A model generated the notes under the pieces. It had not been told where the DNA came from. It ran no database searches and saw only the letters and a program-made list of their open reading frames with translations. This document shows positions 47,132-56,956 of a DNA stretch of 64,000 nucleotides, piece by piece (within the stretch, counting starts at the first letter, position 1; each line of letters starts with the position of its first letter). Origin of the DNA: a bacterium (lineage in GTDB: Bacteria; Elusimicrobiota; Elusimicrobia; UBA1565; UBA9628); the NCBI GenBank assembly GCA_021822495.1, contig JAKAQO010000003.1:83227-147226 (forward strand). Reading direction: 5' to 3'. The position numbers and the translations under genes were made by a program.

Positions 47132-48268
47132 ATGGTAAAACGTGCTTTCTGGCTGTCCAAGATCGAAACGCTCTGGAAGCGCCGTTCCATTCTCTGGCTT
47201 TCGGGAATACGGCGCTGCGGAAAAACTGTCTTGAGTCAAAGCCTTCCAGCGATCGAGTATTTTGATTGCGAGCTGCCAAGAACGCGTGCGCGGATGGAGG
47301 ACGTCGAATCCTTTCTCTCCGAACTCAAGGGCAAGCGCGCAGTTCTCGATGAAATCCAGCGCTTACCGAATCCCGCCCAGCTTTTGAAAATCGCGGCGGA
47401 TCATTTTCCGAGCGTTCGCATTCTAGCGACAGGTTCTTCCATCCTTGAGGCTTCCGTAAAATTCAAGGACACCCTAACTGGCCGCAAGGAGACGCTTTGG
47501 CTGACTCCAATGATTACGGCGGATATGCACGATTTTAAAAACACAAGCCTTGAACATCGGCTTTTGCATGGCGGACTTCCGCCCTTTTTTCTTGAGAAGA
47601 CCTTGCCCGAACGGGATTTCCAGGAGTGGATGGATTCGTATTGGGCCAAGGATATTCAAGACCTTTTCCGTCTAGAGCGCCGGGCCTCCTTCCAGAAATT
47701 CCTGGAGCTTCTGTTTGTCAACAGCGGCGGCATCTTTGAAGCCGCGAAATACGCTTCTCCCTGCGAAGTCAGCCGGCAAACTATCGCGAATTACTTGAAA
47801 GCCGCCGATGCGACCTATGTCGCCCACGTCCTGCGGCCGTTTAGCGGACACAAACCCACGGAGATCATCGCCGCTCCCAAAGTCTACGCTTTCGACACGG
47901 GATTTGTCTGTTATTTTCGCGGATGGGACAAATTGCGAAGCCAGGACATGGGAGGACTCTGGGAGCATTTCGTTCTCAATGAAATGATGGCCCATCTTCA
48001 GTCGCGCGCCGTCCGCTATTGGCGCACGAAACAAGGGCGGGAGATTGATTTCATACTGCCTCTTAGAGGAGGAGAAGTCCACACAATTGAATGCAAACTC
48101 TCAGAGAAAGACTATGATCCGTCGGCGACGATCGCCTTCCGCCGCGATTACCCAAAAGGCCGAAATTTCGCGGTCTGCCACGATGTCGAAAAGTCTTTCG
48201 AGCGACGCTACGGAAGCGTCAATGTCCGAATGACGAGCCTGCCAGAATTCCAGGAACACATCACTTAA
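47132..48268 (+). CDS. AAA-superfamily ATPase with a C-terminal DUF4143 domain (COG1373-type).
   Basis: Walker A GIRRCGKT. Walker B VLDEIQ. DUF4143-like C-terminus (KVYAFDTGFVCYF...YWRTKQGREIDFIL). Confidence 0.8.
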   Translation: MVKRAFWLSKIETLWKRRSILWLSGIRRCGKTVLSQSLPAIEYFDCELPRTRARMEDVESFLSELKGKRAVLDEIQRLPNPAQLLKIAADHFPSVRILATGSSILEASVKFKDTLTGRKETLWLTPMITADMHDFKNTSLEHRLLHGGLPPFFLEKTLPERDFQEWMDSYWAKDIQDLFRLERRASFQKFLELLFVNSGGIFEAAKYASPCEVSRQTIANYLKAADATYVAHVLRPFSGHKPTEIIAAPKVYAFDTGFVCYFRGWDKLRSQDMGGLWEHFVLNEMMAHLQSRAVRYWRTKQGREIDFILPLRGGEVHTIECKLSEKDYDPSATIAFRRDYPKGRNFAVCHDVEKSFERRYGSVNVRMTSLPEFQEHIT

Positions 48269-48329
48269 TTCCCCGTTATTCTAAAAGAGCAAGCCTTCGG
48301 CCTTTTGTGATAAAATAAACTAAAGTCGC

Positions 48330-48818
48330 TTGAGTCAAACAATGGATTTCACTGAAGAAACAAGCATCGGTTTTCTATTAACCGCGAAAACAATTGTTCG
48401 CGCCGAACCTTTTACCAAGAAAGAAGCTCTCATGAACGCGCTCATCTCCAGAATTTGCGAAGTCCATCAAATCACGGATTTGGAGATTCTTCAATCAAAA
48501 GTTCACGAGCGCGAACAAGGAATCAGCACGACCTTGGACACGGGCTTAAGCATTCCGCACGCCCGCGTTGACGGTCTTAATGATTTCGCCGCCGCCTTGG
48601 CTTTACTTCCCTATGGGCTTGACGAACAAAAGAAATCCTCTTCCTCCATCATTCGCCTCATGTTCATCTTCCTTTCGCCCAATAAAAAGGAATTTTATTC
48701 CCGACACCTTCAAATACTCCGAAAAGCCTCCCTCTTGTTTCAACCAGATTTCATCGACACCCTCAACCTGGCCTCGGCGGAAGAAGCGCTGCGGCTCATT
48801 CGTTCCAGAAAAATATAA
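48330..48818 (+). CDS. PTS EIIA type-2 domain protein, PtsN-like regulator.
   Basis: VHEREQGISTTLDTGLSIPHARV active-site His region. About 160 aa. Confidence 0.75.
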   Translation: MSQTMDFTEETSIGFLLTAKTIVRAEPFTKKEALMNALISRICEVHQITDLEILQSKVHEREQGISTTLDTGLSIPHARVDGLNDFAAALALLPYGLDEQKKSSSSIIRLMFIFLSPNKKEFYSRHLQILRKASLLFQPDFIDTLNLASAEEALRLIRSRKI

Positions 48819-49330
48819 TGACCGTGATGAGAATCACTAAGCATGGAGAAAAAGTCCTCAAAATTGTTTCTTCTCCCATTGATTACGCCAAAATCAAACC
48901 CAATCTTCCCAAACTACTTAAAGATATGTGGAAAACCATGTATGCCGTCAACGGCGTGGGGCTGGCCGCGCCTCAAATAGGGCTCAACATCCGGCTTTGC
49001 ATCATTGACGTCAAACCCGAAGGGAAATCCCAGAAACTCGTTCTCATCAATCCTGAAATTATCGAACAGAGCGGACGCCTTGAAGAAGAAGAAGGTTGCT
49101 TGTCGGTCCCGGGGGTTTATGCCAAAGTGAAAAGGTTTTCCCACGCGAGAGTCCGCGCCCTCAATGCCGAGGGAAAATCCTTTGAAATGTCCGGAGAAGG
49201 TCTCCTGGCCCGCGCTTTCCAACACGAAGTCGATCATTTAGACGGCAAACTCTTCATTGACCATCTTGACTTCGCCAACAAACTCAAGGTTTTGTCGCTT
49301 ATCAAAGACTTGAAGAAAGATTGGAACTGA
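48818..49330 (+). CDS. def: Peptide deformylase.
   Basis: GVGLAAPQIG, EGCLSVPG and HEVDHLDG motifs. Confidence 0.9.
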   Translation: MTVMRITKHGEKVLKIVSSPIDYAKIKPNLPKLLKDMWKTMYAVNGVGLAAPQIGLNIRLCIIDVKPEGKSQKLVLINPEIIEQSGRLEEEEGCLSVPGVYAKVKRFSHARVRALNAEGKSFEMSGEGLLARAFQHEVDHLDGKLFIDHLDFANKLKVLSLIKDLKKDWN

Positions 49331-50292
49331 GTCTCATGCGGACTCTATTTTACGGGACCCCGGGTCTTGCCGTCCCCTATCTCAAACTCGTAGCAGAAGA
49401 ATCAAACGTCGCGGCCGTGATTACCCAACCAGACCGCCCCATGGGTCGAGGCCTCGACACAAAACCAGGCCCCATCAAGGAAGCGGCTTTAAAACTCAAT
49501 TTGCCGGTTTTTCAGCCCGAACGCCCTTCGGAAATTTCCAGGGAAATCCAAGCCTTGAACGCTGATCTCGGCATCGTCATCGCCTATGGGCGGATTCTCA
49601 AAACCGATATTTTAAAATCCACCCGGCTTGGACACCTCAACGTCCATTTTTCGCTTTTGCCTAAATACCGGGGATCCGCTCCCGTCCCCTGGGCATTGGT
49701 TCATGGAGAAAAGAAAACCGGGGTTTCCCTTTTTTGGCTGGATGAAGGGATGGACACAGGACCTCTCTTTAGCCAAAAAGAAGTAGAGATACTCCCCCAG
49801 GAAAACGCCGCGCAAGTCATGGAAAAACTCGAAATTCTAGGACTTCATCTGCTCAAGGACGCCCTTCAAAAAATTGCCCACGGACATTATCCCCAAATTC
49901 CACAAGAAGGAACGCCCAGTTACGCCCCATTATTAAAAAAGAGCGACGGGCTCATCAATTTCGAAAATTCGGCTACTCAAATTCATAACCTAGTCCGCGG
50001 GCTTATCTTATGGCCCCGCGCTTATTTTATTCTCAAAGATTCTTCCGGAGAAAAACGCATCTCCATTCTCCAAAGCGCCTTAGAGCCTTCCAGCGGCGCG
50101 CCCTTTCCGGCCCCGATCGGGACCCTCCTACGCGTTGAACAAGAGCGGGGCTTTTTGATACAATGTGGATACGGCAGTTCTGTTTGGATTTCTCGCGTCC
50201 AGCCTGAGGGAAAAAGTCCGATGGGAGCAGCCGAATTCTTAAATGGTCGACGTTTAACCATGGGGCAAAGTCTCCCTTTAAAACGTGGATAA
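49321..50292 (+). CDS. fmt: Methionyl-tRNA formyltransferase.
   Basis: Formyltransferase N-domain (NVHFSLLPKYRGSAPV). C-terminal domain. Downstream of def. Confidence 0.9.
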   Translation: MELSLMRTLFYGTPGLAVPYLKLVAEESNVAAVITQPDRPMGRGLDTKPGPIKEAALKLNLPVFQPERPSEISREIQALNADLGIVIAYGRILKTDILKSTRLGHLNVHFSLLPKYRGSAPVPWALVHGEKKTGVSLFWLDEGMDTGPLFSQKEVEILPQENAAQVMEKLEILGLHLLKDALQKIAHGHYPQIPQEGTPSYAPLLKKSDGLINFENSATQIHNLVRGLILWPRAYFILKDSSGEKRISILQSALEPSSGAPFPAPIGTLLRVEQERGFLIQCGYGSSVWISRVQPEGKSPMGAAEFLNGRRLTMGQSLPLKRG

Positions 50293-51259
50293 TAGAGAAA
50301 ATTTATCGTTCGTGCGTTGGTGGGAAGCCGCCATCGCTCTTATTTTTTTAGGATTTGTTTTATTTTTTATGTTTCAGTGGGCTATTGAAGGCGCGGTGCA
50401 CAGCAGAAAAACGCAGGTCGTCCCCGATCTGCGTGGAAAATCATTGTCTGCGGCGCTGGATATGCTTTCCCCCTTGCATTTAGGTCTTGAAAAAACCAGC
50501 TCCGACTTTGACGCTTCCGTTCCCATTGACTCGGTCCTAAGACAAACCCCGCCGGGCGGCACGGTCGTGCGCGAAGATAAAATCATTCGCGTCGTCATCA
50601 GCCAAGGCGGCGAAACCGTTTTCGTTCCCGGCATTACGGGTCTCCCTCTTAGAAATGCGGAAATGCTTCTCCGTGAATCCCAGCTCGCTGAAGGAGATGT
50701 AAGCCAAGCCTACTCGCTTAAGGAAGATAAGGGAATTGTTCTGTCTCAAGACCCCAAAGCCGATCTTGGGGTTGCCCGTAATTCCGCCGTCAGCTTGGTT
50801 GTTTCTGATGGTCCTCCCCCAACGGGAGTGGTTTTGATGCCCGATTTTCTCCGCAAAAACGTGACCGAAGCGCAAGCTTGGGCCGCGCAACAGAACTTGT
50901 CCATCACCATCAACCAGGATACATCTTCCCTTTTCCCCACCGGAGTTATCCTCAGCCAAACTCCCAATGCCGATACGATGCTTTCTTCCGCCACAGCGAT
51001 TGTCCTAACCGTCAGCGCCCGGCCTTCTGGACAAACCGCTTCCACTTCGCCCCAAACCAATGAGTTCCACTATGAAGTGCCGCAAGGCGCCAGCGAGAGC
51101 CTCGTCAGAATCGTCGCTATTGACAAATACGGGGAACACGAAATTTTTAACGGACTAAGGAAACCCGGAACAAAAATTGACGTTCCGCTCAACGAATCGG
51201 GCAAAGCCCAAATTCGGATATTCCTCAATGGAATACTCATCGAAGAAAAAGATTTATGA
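50285..51259 (+). CDS. Membrane-anchored PASTA-repeat protein with no kinase domain.
   Basis: Short cytoplasmic tail and 1 TM helix. Three PASTA-like repeats (VPDLRGKSLSAA..., VPGITGLPLRNAE..., MPDFLRKNVTEAQ...). A C-terminal beta-rich domain. Confidence 0.75.
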   Translation: MDNRENLSFVRWWEAAIALIFLGFVLFFMFQWAIEGAVHSRKTQVVPDLRGKSLSAALDMLSPLHLGLEKTSSDFDASVPIDSVLRQTPPGGTVVREDKIIRVVISQGGETVFVPGITGLPLRNAEMLLRESQLAEGDVSQAYSLKEDKGIVLSQDPKADLGVARNSAVSLVVSDGPPPTGVVLMPDFLRKNVTEAQAWAAQQNLSITINQDTSSLFPTGVILSQTPNADTMLSSATAIVLTVSARPSGQTASTSPQTNEFHYEVPQGASESLVRIVAIDKYGEHEIFNGLRKPGTKIDVPLNESGKAQIRIFLNGILIEEKDL

Positions 51260-51311
51260 CCGAGCCTAAGCGAAAAAATGGTTGGTTCCAGAGTCTGTAC
51301 AGAAGAAAGCC

Positions 51312-51989
51312 ATGACCATGACGAAAAAACGCGCCGTTGAAATCGTGCCGTCTCTCCTCGCTTGCGATTTGGCGCGCATGGGAGAAGCAATCGAAACGGT
51401 TAAAGCGGCCGGCATCTCCTGGGTTTCGGTGGACGTCATGGACGGGCATTTCGTCCCCAATTTAAGCTTCGGGCCCGATCATGTGCGCATGGCCAAAAAA
51501 TATGGTCTGACCGTGGATTCTCATTTAATGGTTCACGAGCCCGAATCCATCGCCCCCTGGTTTGTTAAAGCCGGCGCCGACATCATCACCTTCCATATCG
51601 AGGCGGCCAAGGACGCCCGCAAACTCGCAAGAACAATTCGCGAAGGCGGGAAAAAAGCGGGCATCGCGCTTAGACCGCAAACCCCCGCCGAGAAAGTTCT
51701 TCCGTTGCTCGAAGAAATTGATTTAGTCCTGGTCATGACCGTTGATCCGGGGTTTGGCGGAGCGCATTTCATGAAGGAAATGCTTCCCAAGATTTCGACC
51801 TTAAGAAGCGCCATTGATTCTGGAAACTTCGATTGTTGGATTCAAGCCGACGGGGGAATTAATTTGCAAACCGCGCTTCTTGCGGCCGAGGCCGGGGCGG
51901 ACAGCTTGGTCGCGGGAACGGCCATATTCGGCCAAGAAAATCCGGCCCAAGCCGCGCGAAATTTAAAGGAACAGGTAAAAAATAAATAA
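51312..51989 (+). CDS. rpe: Ribulose-phosphate 3-epimerase.
   Basis: PSLLACDLARMGEA. VDVMDGHFVPNLSFG. MTVDPGFGG. The ORF is open from 51282. Confidence 0.9.
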   Translation: MTMTKKRAVEIVPSLLACDLARMGEAIETVKAAGISWVSVDVMDGHFVPNLSFGPDHVRMAKKYGLTVDSHLMVHEPESIAPWFVKAGADIITFHIEAAKDARKLARTIREGGKKAGIALRPQTPAEKVLPLLEEIDLVLVMTVDPGFGGAHFMKEMLPKISTLRSAIDSGNFDCWIQADGGINLQTALLAAEAGADSLVAGTAIFGQENPAQAARNLKEQVKNK

Positions 51990-52004
51990 CAGGGGGAATG
52001 TTCG

Positions 52005-52265
52005 ATGTCAGTGACCATTAGACTTAAAAGAGTTGGAAAACCCAAGCACCCGCATTTTCGCGTGGTGGCTATTGAAAAAATGAGAGGCCCGTCCGGGCGT
52101 CCTCTTGAAATTCTCGGAACCTATGATCCGAAAGAGGTAAGCGCGGCCAAGAAATTGACTCTTAATCAAGAGCGCATCAATCACTGGATTAAAAATGGAG
52201 CAAAACCCTCGGATACGGTCGCTCAATTACTCAAGGTCTCGGCGACAAAAAAGGAGAAAGCTTAA
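52005..52265 (+). CDS. rpsP: 30S ribosomal protein S16.
   Basis: MSVTIRLKRVGKPKHPHFRVV. Confidence 0.95.
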   Translation: MSVTIRLKRVGKPKHPHFRVVAIEKMRGPSGRPLEILGTYDPKEVSAAKKLTLNQERINHWIKNGAKPSDTVAQLLKVSATKKEKA

Positions 52266-52284
52266 TCCGGAGTTTTAAATTAAA

Positions 52285-52512
52285 ATGAAAGACCTCACTC
52301 TCTATCTCATTCAAAAATTGACCTCACGTCCCGAATCCGTAATTGTTGAGGAAAAAGAAGAGAATGGGATCACAAACATTACCGTCAAGGTCGCTGACGA
52401 AGACAAGGGACGCGTAATCGGCAAGGAAGGCCGGATTATCAAGGCAATACGGGCGCTGGTTGGCGCCGCCGCCGCTAAACAAGGGAAACGAAGTCATGTC
52501 CAAATCAGCTAA
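52285..52512 (+). CDS. KH-domain RNA-binding protein (YlqC-like).
   Basis: VIGKEGRIIKAIRALV, a KH GXXG-type motif. About 75 aa. Downstream of rpsP. Confidence 0.8.
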   Translation: MKDLTLYLIQKLTSRPESVIVEEKEENGITNITVKVADEDKGRVIGKEGRIIKAIRALVGAAAAKQGKRSHVQIS

Positions 52513-53218
52513 GCCCCCTCTGAAAATAGACTTCGTGACCCTGTTTCCCGAAATGGTTCAGAGCGTTTTGGATACCAGCATCATTTCAAGGGCAAGAAAC
52601 AACAAACTCCTTGAAACCCGCTGCATCAACCCGCGCGACTTTAGCGATGATAAACACCGGAAAGTGGACGCAAGGCCCTACGGTGGCGGCCCGGGAATGA
52701 TTCTGATGGCCGAGCCGGTGCACCAGGCGATTCAAAAGGCCGTCTCCCCCAAATCCCACGTTATTTTTCTTTCACCCCAGGGACGACGCCTCAACCAAGA
52801 AATCGCGAGAGATTTGTCCCTCAAACCGCATCTCGTACTTGTTTGCGGCCATTATGAGGGCGTTGATGAACGATTGAGAAGCGATTTTGACGATGAGATT
52901 TCAATCGGCGACTACGTCCTAACGGGCGGAGAATTGCCCGCTCTCGTTTTGGCCGACTCGGTCACGAGACTCATTCCCGGCGTACTAAAAAAAGCGGACG
53001 CCATCGAACAAGAATCTTTTTCCAGCCCGCTTCTTGATTTTCCGCAGTACACCCGCCCCAAGAACTGGCGCGGGAAAAAAATTCCAGAAGTCCTCATTTC
53101 TGGGAATCATGAGCTCATTAGACAATGGCGAAACCAGGCGGCCGAAACCAGCACCCGCCTAAAAAGGCCCGATTTAATGACGCAGAGGCAAGGAGAAAAC
53201 AATGACCGTAGACCATAA
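52496..53218 (+). CDS. trmD: tRNA (guanine37-N1)-methyltransferase.
   Basis: [31 protein letters not shown]. The ORF is open from 52460. Confidence 0.9.
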   Translation: MSKSAKPPLKIDFVTLFPEMVQSVLDTSIISRARNNKLLETRCINPRDFSDDKHRKVDARPYGGGPGMILMAEPVHQAIQKAVSPKSHVIFLSPQGRRLNQEIARDLSLKPHLVLVCGHYEGVDERLRSDFDDEISIGDYVLTGGELPALVLADSVTRLIPGVLKKADAIEQESFSSPLLDFPQYTRPKNWRGKKIPEVLISGNHELIRQWRNQAAETSTRLKRPDLMTQRQGENNDRRP

Positions 53219-53681
53219 AGACCCAATAAAGAAAAACCCTGAATTTCGGGTGGGAGACTCCGTTCGAGTTTCCATTAAAGTCGTTGAAGGAGATTCCGAG
53301 CGCGTCCAAGCCTTCGAGGGAGTCGTTTTGCTCAAAAGAGGCTCCGGGATCGCGGAAAACTTCACGGTAAGGAAAATCTCTTTCGGCGTTGGAGTCGAAA
53401 GAACTTTCCCCGTTCACTCGCCTTTGATTGAAAAAATCGAAGTTGTCCGCTCCGGAAAGGTTCGCAGGTCTCGCCTTTATTACTTGAGGAACTTAAAGGG
53501 AAAAGCCGCGAGATTAGACGAAACCTCCAGCTCTTCCTCTGAAACCATGTCGGCGAAGACTCAAGCCAAATCCGCGCCCAAACCCCAAAGCGGAAAATCC
53601 TCTGCCGAAAAAGGAAATGGAATGGCGAATGCGGCGCAGGCAAAAATTCAGTCCGCTCCCGTCCTTGGAAGCGCCAAATAA
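53202..53681 (+). CDS. rplS: 50S ribosomal protein L19 with a C-terminal Ser/Lys/Ala-rich extension of about 45 aa.
   Basis: [29 protein letters not shown]...[16 protein letters not shown]. Confidence 0.9.
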   Translation: MTVDHKDPIKKNPEFRVGDSVRVSIKVVEGDSERVQAFEGVVLLKRGSGIAENFTVRKISFGVGVERTFPVHSPLIEKIEVVRSGKVRRSRLYYLRNLKGKAARLDETSSSSSETMSAKTQAKSAPKPQSGKSSAEKGNGMANAAQAKIQSAPVLGSAK

Positions 53682-54315
53682 AACCCCAAGAGACTTTGAT
53701 CGGGAGCTAAAGCGCGTCTTTGCTTCCGATTGTCTGATCGGGATTGATGAAGCGGGGCGCGGCCCACTGGCCGGCCCCGTTTTTATTGCCGCCGTTGTTC
53801 TTAAAGAAGACAATTTCCCGGGCTCCGAAGAAATCCGGGATTCAAAAAAAATCAACCCCCAAAAGCGAAAGCGTTTATCCTTGGAAATACGCCGTCATGC
53901 CGAAAAAATCACGGTCGCCTGGGCATACCCCACAGAAATTGACCGGATCAACATTTTAAAAGCGACCCTTTTCGCCATGAGACGCGCCGCCCAAAAAGCC
54001 TCCAAATTTAAAGCCGCTCCCGTTCTCATTGACGGGCCCTTTCCTATTCCTGATTTTAAAGGCGAGCAAAAACCCATCGTCAAGGGAGATCAAAAATCCT
54101 TGGCCATCGCCTGCGCCTCCATTATCGCCAAAGTCTACCGCGACCGTTGGATGGAAATCATCAACCGAAGGTTTCCCGGATACGGATTTTCAAGGCATAA
54201 AGGCTACGGGACCAAGGAGCATTTGGAGGCGCTCGCTTTATTGGGAGCCTCTCCCGTTCACCGAAAAACTTATAGCCCCGTCGCCCAAAGAATCAGCGCC
54301 AAACTTTCCAAGTGA
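53617..54315 (+). CDS. rnhB: Ribonuclease HII.
   Basis: [15 protein letters not shown]. The only ATG/GTG/TTG start candidates lie upstream of the rplS stop, so the two genes overlap. Confidence 0.85.
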   Translation: MEWRMRRRQKFSPLPSLEAPNKTPRDFDRELKRVFASDCLIGIDEAGRGPLAGPVFIAAVVLKEDNFPGSEEIRDSKKINPQKRKRLSLEIRRHAEKITVAWAYPTEIDRINILKATLFAMRRAAQKASKFKAAPVLIDGPFPIPDFKGEQKPIVKGDQKSLAIACASIIAKVYRDRWMEIINRRFPGYGFSRHKGYGTKEHLEALALLGASPVHRKTYSPVAQRISAKLSK

Positions 54316-54650
54316 ACCGAAGAGAAAAGGGCGCTCAGTCGGAAGAAATAGCCGCCCAATATCTTAAGGAAAAAGGATACCGAATTCTCCAAAGAAATTT
54401 CCGCTGGAAAGGCGGGGAAATTGACATCATCGCCCGTCAAAGAGATTTGATTGTGTTCGTGGAAGTGCGCTCTCGCGCCTATTCTGAATTTGGCCTGGCT
54501 GCGGAAACAATTAACTTCTCAAAGAGAGAAAAAATCAAGCGCACCGCTCTTCTTTATCTTCAAAAAGACCATTTGGACTCCCCCACGCGCTTTGACGTCA
54601 TCGCTTTTGACGGGGAAAACATGACGCATATCGAAAATGCCTTTGACTAG
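54312..54650 (+). CDS. yraN: YraN-family (UPF0102) endonuclease.
   Basis: YLKEKGYRILQRNFRWKGGEIDIIA...FVEVR. Confidence 0.8.
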   Translation: MNRREKGAQSEEIAAQYLKEKGYRILQRNFRWKGGEIDIIARQRDLIVFVEVRSRAYSEFGLAAETINFSKREKIKRTALLYLQKDHLDSPTRFDVIAFDGENMTHIENAFD

Positions 54651-54665
54651 GATATTTGAGGTTCG

Positions 54666-55631
54666 TTAAGCCGAGAGATTACGGGGAGCGACGCGACCGC
54701 TATAATTAACTTTTTCGCCCGTCAGGCGAAAATAATTCCCAAAAACTTTTTTCACATAATCAATGGTCTCATGAAAGCGCGGAATCAACCCATAGCGAAA
54801 AGACTTTCTCCCCTCTCCGCTGTTGTAGGCGGCCACCATCAAAACCTTGTCATTATTAAACTTCTGTTTTAAAAATCTCAAGTAGCGGATCATCCCCGCG
54901 ATATTTTGCCTCGGGTCAAAGGGATTTGCAACTCCAAAGCGGCGCGCCGTGGCGGGCATGAGTTGACCAAGCCCCATCGCCCCTGTCCTTGAAACCGCAT
55001 AACGGTTGCCCCCGCTTTCCTGCTTGACCATCGCCAAGGCCAAGTTAGGATCGACGGAATATTTTCTCGCGTAGCGATCAATCAAGCCGCGAATATAACT
55101 GGGAACTTTAAGAGCATAAGATTTAGCTTGTCCCCATCTTGAGGCGAACTCATTATCTATCCAGCTTCTATGACTCAGACGCTTATTTGAAAGCATTGGC
55201 CGCTCCAAGGGAGGCGGAACATCAAAACGAGGGGTTTTAACCGCTGGCAAAATTTTATTAGAAGGAAACTTCCCGCGAGAAATGGGGAGAGATTGAGCCG
55301 CGAAAACCCCATAAACTCTTGGGAAATAGGCATGAGATTCTTCCCGATTAGACGCGCCCGAATTAAAAATGTTCTTTTTCTTTAAATTCGCGAGTTTCTC
55401 TTTCACGCAATCAAAATGGCTGTTTTTCTCCGTCTCCTGGCATTCTTTAAACCCTTCCAAATTGTCTTTTTGATTTAAGTTCTTTTTTGGGGCAGAGATG
55501 GAAGCCTTTAAAGAGGCCGAACGCGCCGCGGGAATTGCGGGGCTAGAAGGAATCACCGCTCCCAACTGCGCATGCGCCGAGGAAGCTCCCAGAGCGAGAA
55601 GAAACGTCGCTATCATTTCCTTCATATCCAA
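54666..55631 (-). CDS. Lytic transglycosylase (SLT domain).
   Basis: Signal peptide. ESGGNRYAVSRTGAMGLGQLMP catalytic-Glu region. Confidence 0.85.
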   Translation of the reverse strand: MDMKEMIATFLLALGASSAHAQLGAVIPSSPAIPAARSASLKASISAPKKNLNQKDNLEGFKECQETEKNSHFDCVKEKLANLKKKNIFNSGASNREESHAYFPRVYGVFAAQSLPISRGKFPSNKILPAVKTPRFDVPPPLERPMLSNKRLSHRSWIDNEFASRWGQAKSYALKVPSYIRGLIDRYARKYSVDPNLALAMVKQESGGNRYAVSRTGAMGLGQLMPATARRFGVANPFDPRQNIAGMIRYLRFLKQKFNNDKVLMVAAYNSGEGRKSFRYGLIPRFHETIDYVKKVFGNYFRLTGEKVNYSGRVAPRNLSA

Positions 55632-55702
55632 AGGGTAAGTGAAAAGCCGCTCTCGCGCCTGGGCCTAAGGTCCCAGATAAATACTAGGCCTTTAGTCCCA
55701 CC

Positions 55703-56941
55703 TTACTGGGGATTCTGTGGAGAGTTAGGGCTTGGGTTTTGTTTTTGCCCCGCGCCTTGGCCGCGCTTGAGATATTTGTTGAGCTCATCCAAACTCATAT
55801 TCGCGGCGTTTTTGTGATGAGCGCTGCCTTGAGAGGCCTGGGGCGCGGGCGTTGGAGTCGGTTTTGAATTCTGGTATTTTCCATTGGGCTGAGGCGGCGC
55901 TTTTAGAGGTTTAGCTGTCTTGAATCCTTTTGGCCCGGGCTTTTGAACTGCGGCTCTTTGGGCCATGTCTTTAAGAGAATACGCCGGCGCAGAGGTGATT
56001 TCCTCATTAATATTTTGCCAGAAAAGCTCGTTTGCTTTCGCCCATTTTCGAGCCGCTTGAGGGTCCAAATCAAACCAAGCGTTGAAATTAAGAGGCTGAA
56101 CCGCCTTATTTTTGACATCACAATCGAAAATATCTTTCCGTCCCGCCAAGGACCAGGGATTTGGGGAAGCCGCCTCTATTCGAACATGGGAATCAGAATT
56201 GGGAATAGAAAAAGTGGTCCACTGAAAAGCTAAATTTTTACCAAGAAAGGCTTCTCCCCAATTTTTCCAGGCATCAGCATTTTGAGCGAGAGTTTTTTCT
56301 CCCAAAATAGGGCTTAGGCCTTCCGCCTTTAAAAGCATAAGCGTATCCAAAGAAAGAGCGCCCAACGCCCTGGCCTTAAGCAATGCGCCAAGAGTTTTAG
56401 GGGTTTTCCATTTTGAAGGTAAAAGAATATCCTCGATTTGAAGCGGATATTTTCGCTCCGAAGGCGCCACGGGAAAATTTTTGACGATTTGGAGCGCTTG
56501 AACGCTTAAATCCTGCGGCGCCGAGGAAGCTAAATTAAGCGCTGGAACATGAGACCCAAAATAAGAGAGAACCCTTGGGAAAAAATAGACGACAGAAGCC
56601 AGCAGAGAGGACAGCAGGAAAATTTTAAGTCCGGTTCTTCTAGACGGCGGAACCTGCCCTTGAGCGGCGGGAAGCTGGTTCTCCTTTTCTTTTTTCGCGG
56701 CCTCGGCCTCTTCAATTTCAGCCAAGCGACCCATCCGATTTTTCTCGGGAAGTTGCGCTTCTTCCCGCATTTTTTGCGGAGGCGGCTTAATCAAATAATA
56801 TTGAGCCGGCCGCCATTGATTGGAACTCTGAGCGTTTTCCGGACAAATAAGACTCTTAGCGTTAAACCCCGGAAGATTTTTAAGTTCTTCTTCCTCAAAA
56901 GGCCCTGTCGGACTTTTTCCGTCGAAGAGCCAGTATCTCAA
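55703..56941 (-). CDS. Hypothetical membrane protein with a GYF/DUF4339-like N-terminus and a Pro/Gln-rich C-terminus.
   Basis: N-terminal MRYWLFDGKSPTGPFEEEELK. 1 TM helix. Low-complexity C-terminus. Confidence 0.5.
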   Translation of the reverse strand: MRYWLFDGKSPTGPFEEEELKNLPGFNAKSLICPENAQSSNQWRPAQYYLIKPPPQKMREEAQLPEKNRMGRLAEIEEAEAAKKEKENQLPAAQGQVPPSRRTGLKIFLLSSLLASVVYFFPRVLSYFGSHVPALNLASSAPQDLSVQALQIVKNFPVAPSERKYPLQIEDILLPSKWKTPKTLGALLKARALGALSLDTLMLLKAEGLSPILGEKTLAQNADAWKNWGEAFLGKNLAFQWTTFSIPNSDSHVRIEAASPNPWSLAGRKDIFDCDVKNKAVQPLNFNAWFDLDPQAARKWAKANELFWQNINEEITSAPAYSLKDMAQRAAVQKPGPKGFKTAKPLKAPPQPNGKYQNSKPTPTPAPQASQGSAHHKNAANMSLDELNKYLKRGQGAGQKQNPSPNSPQNPQ

Positions 56942-56956
56942 CGGAATTGTTTCCTT

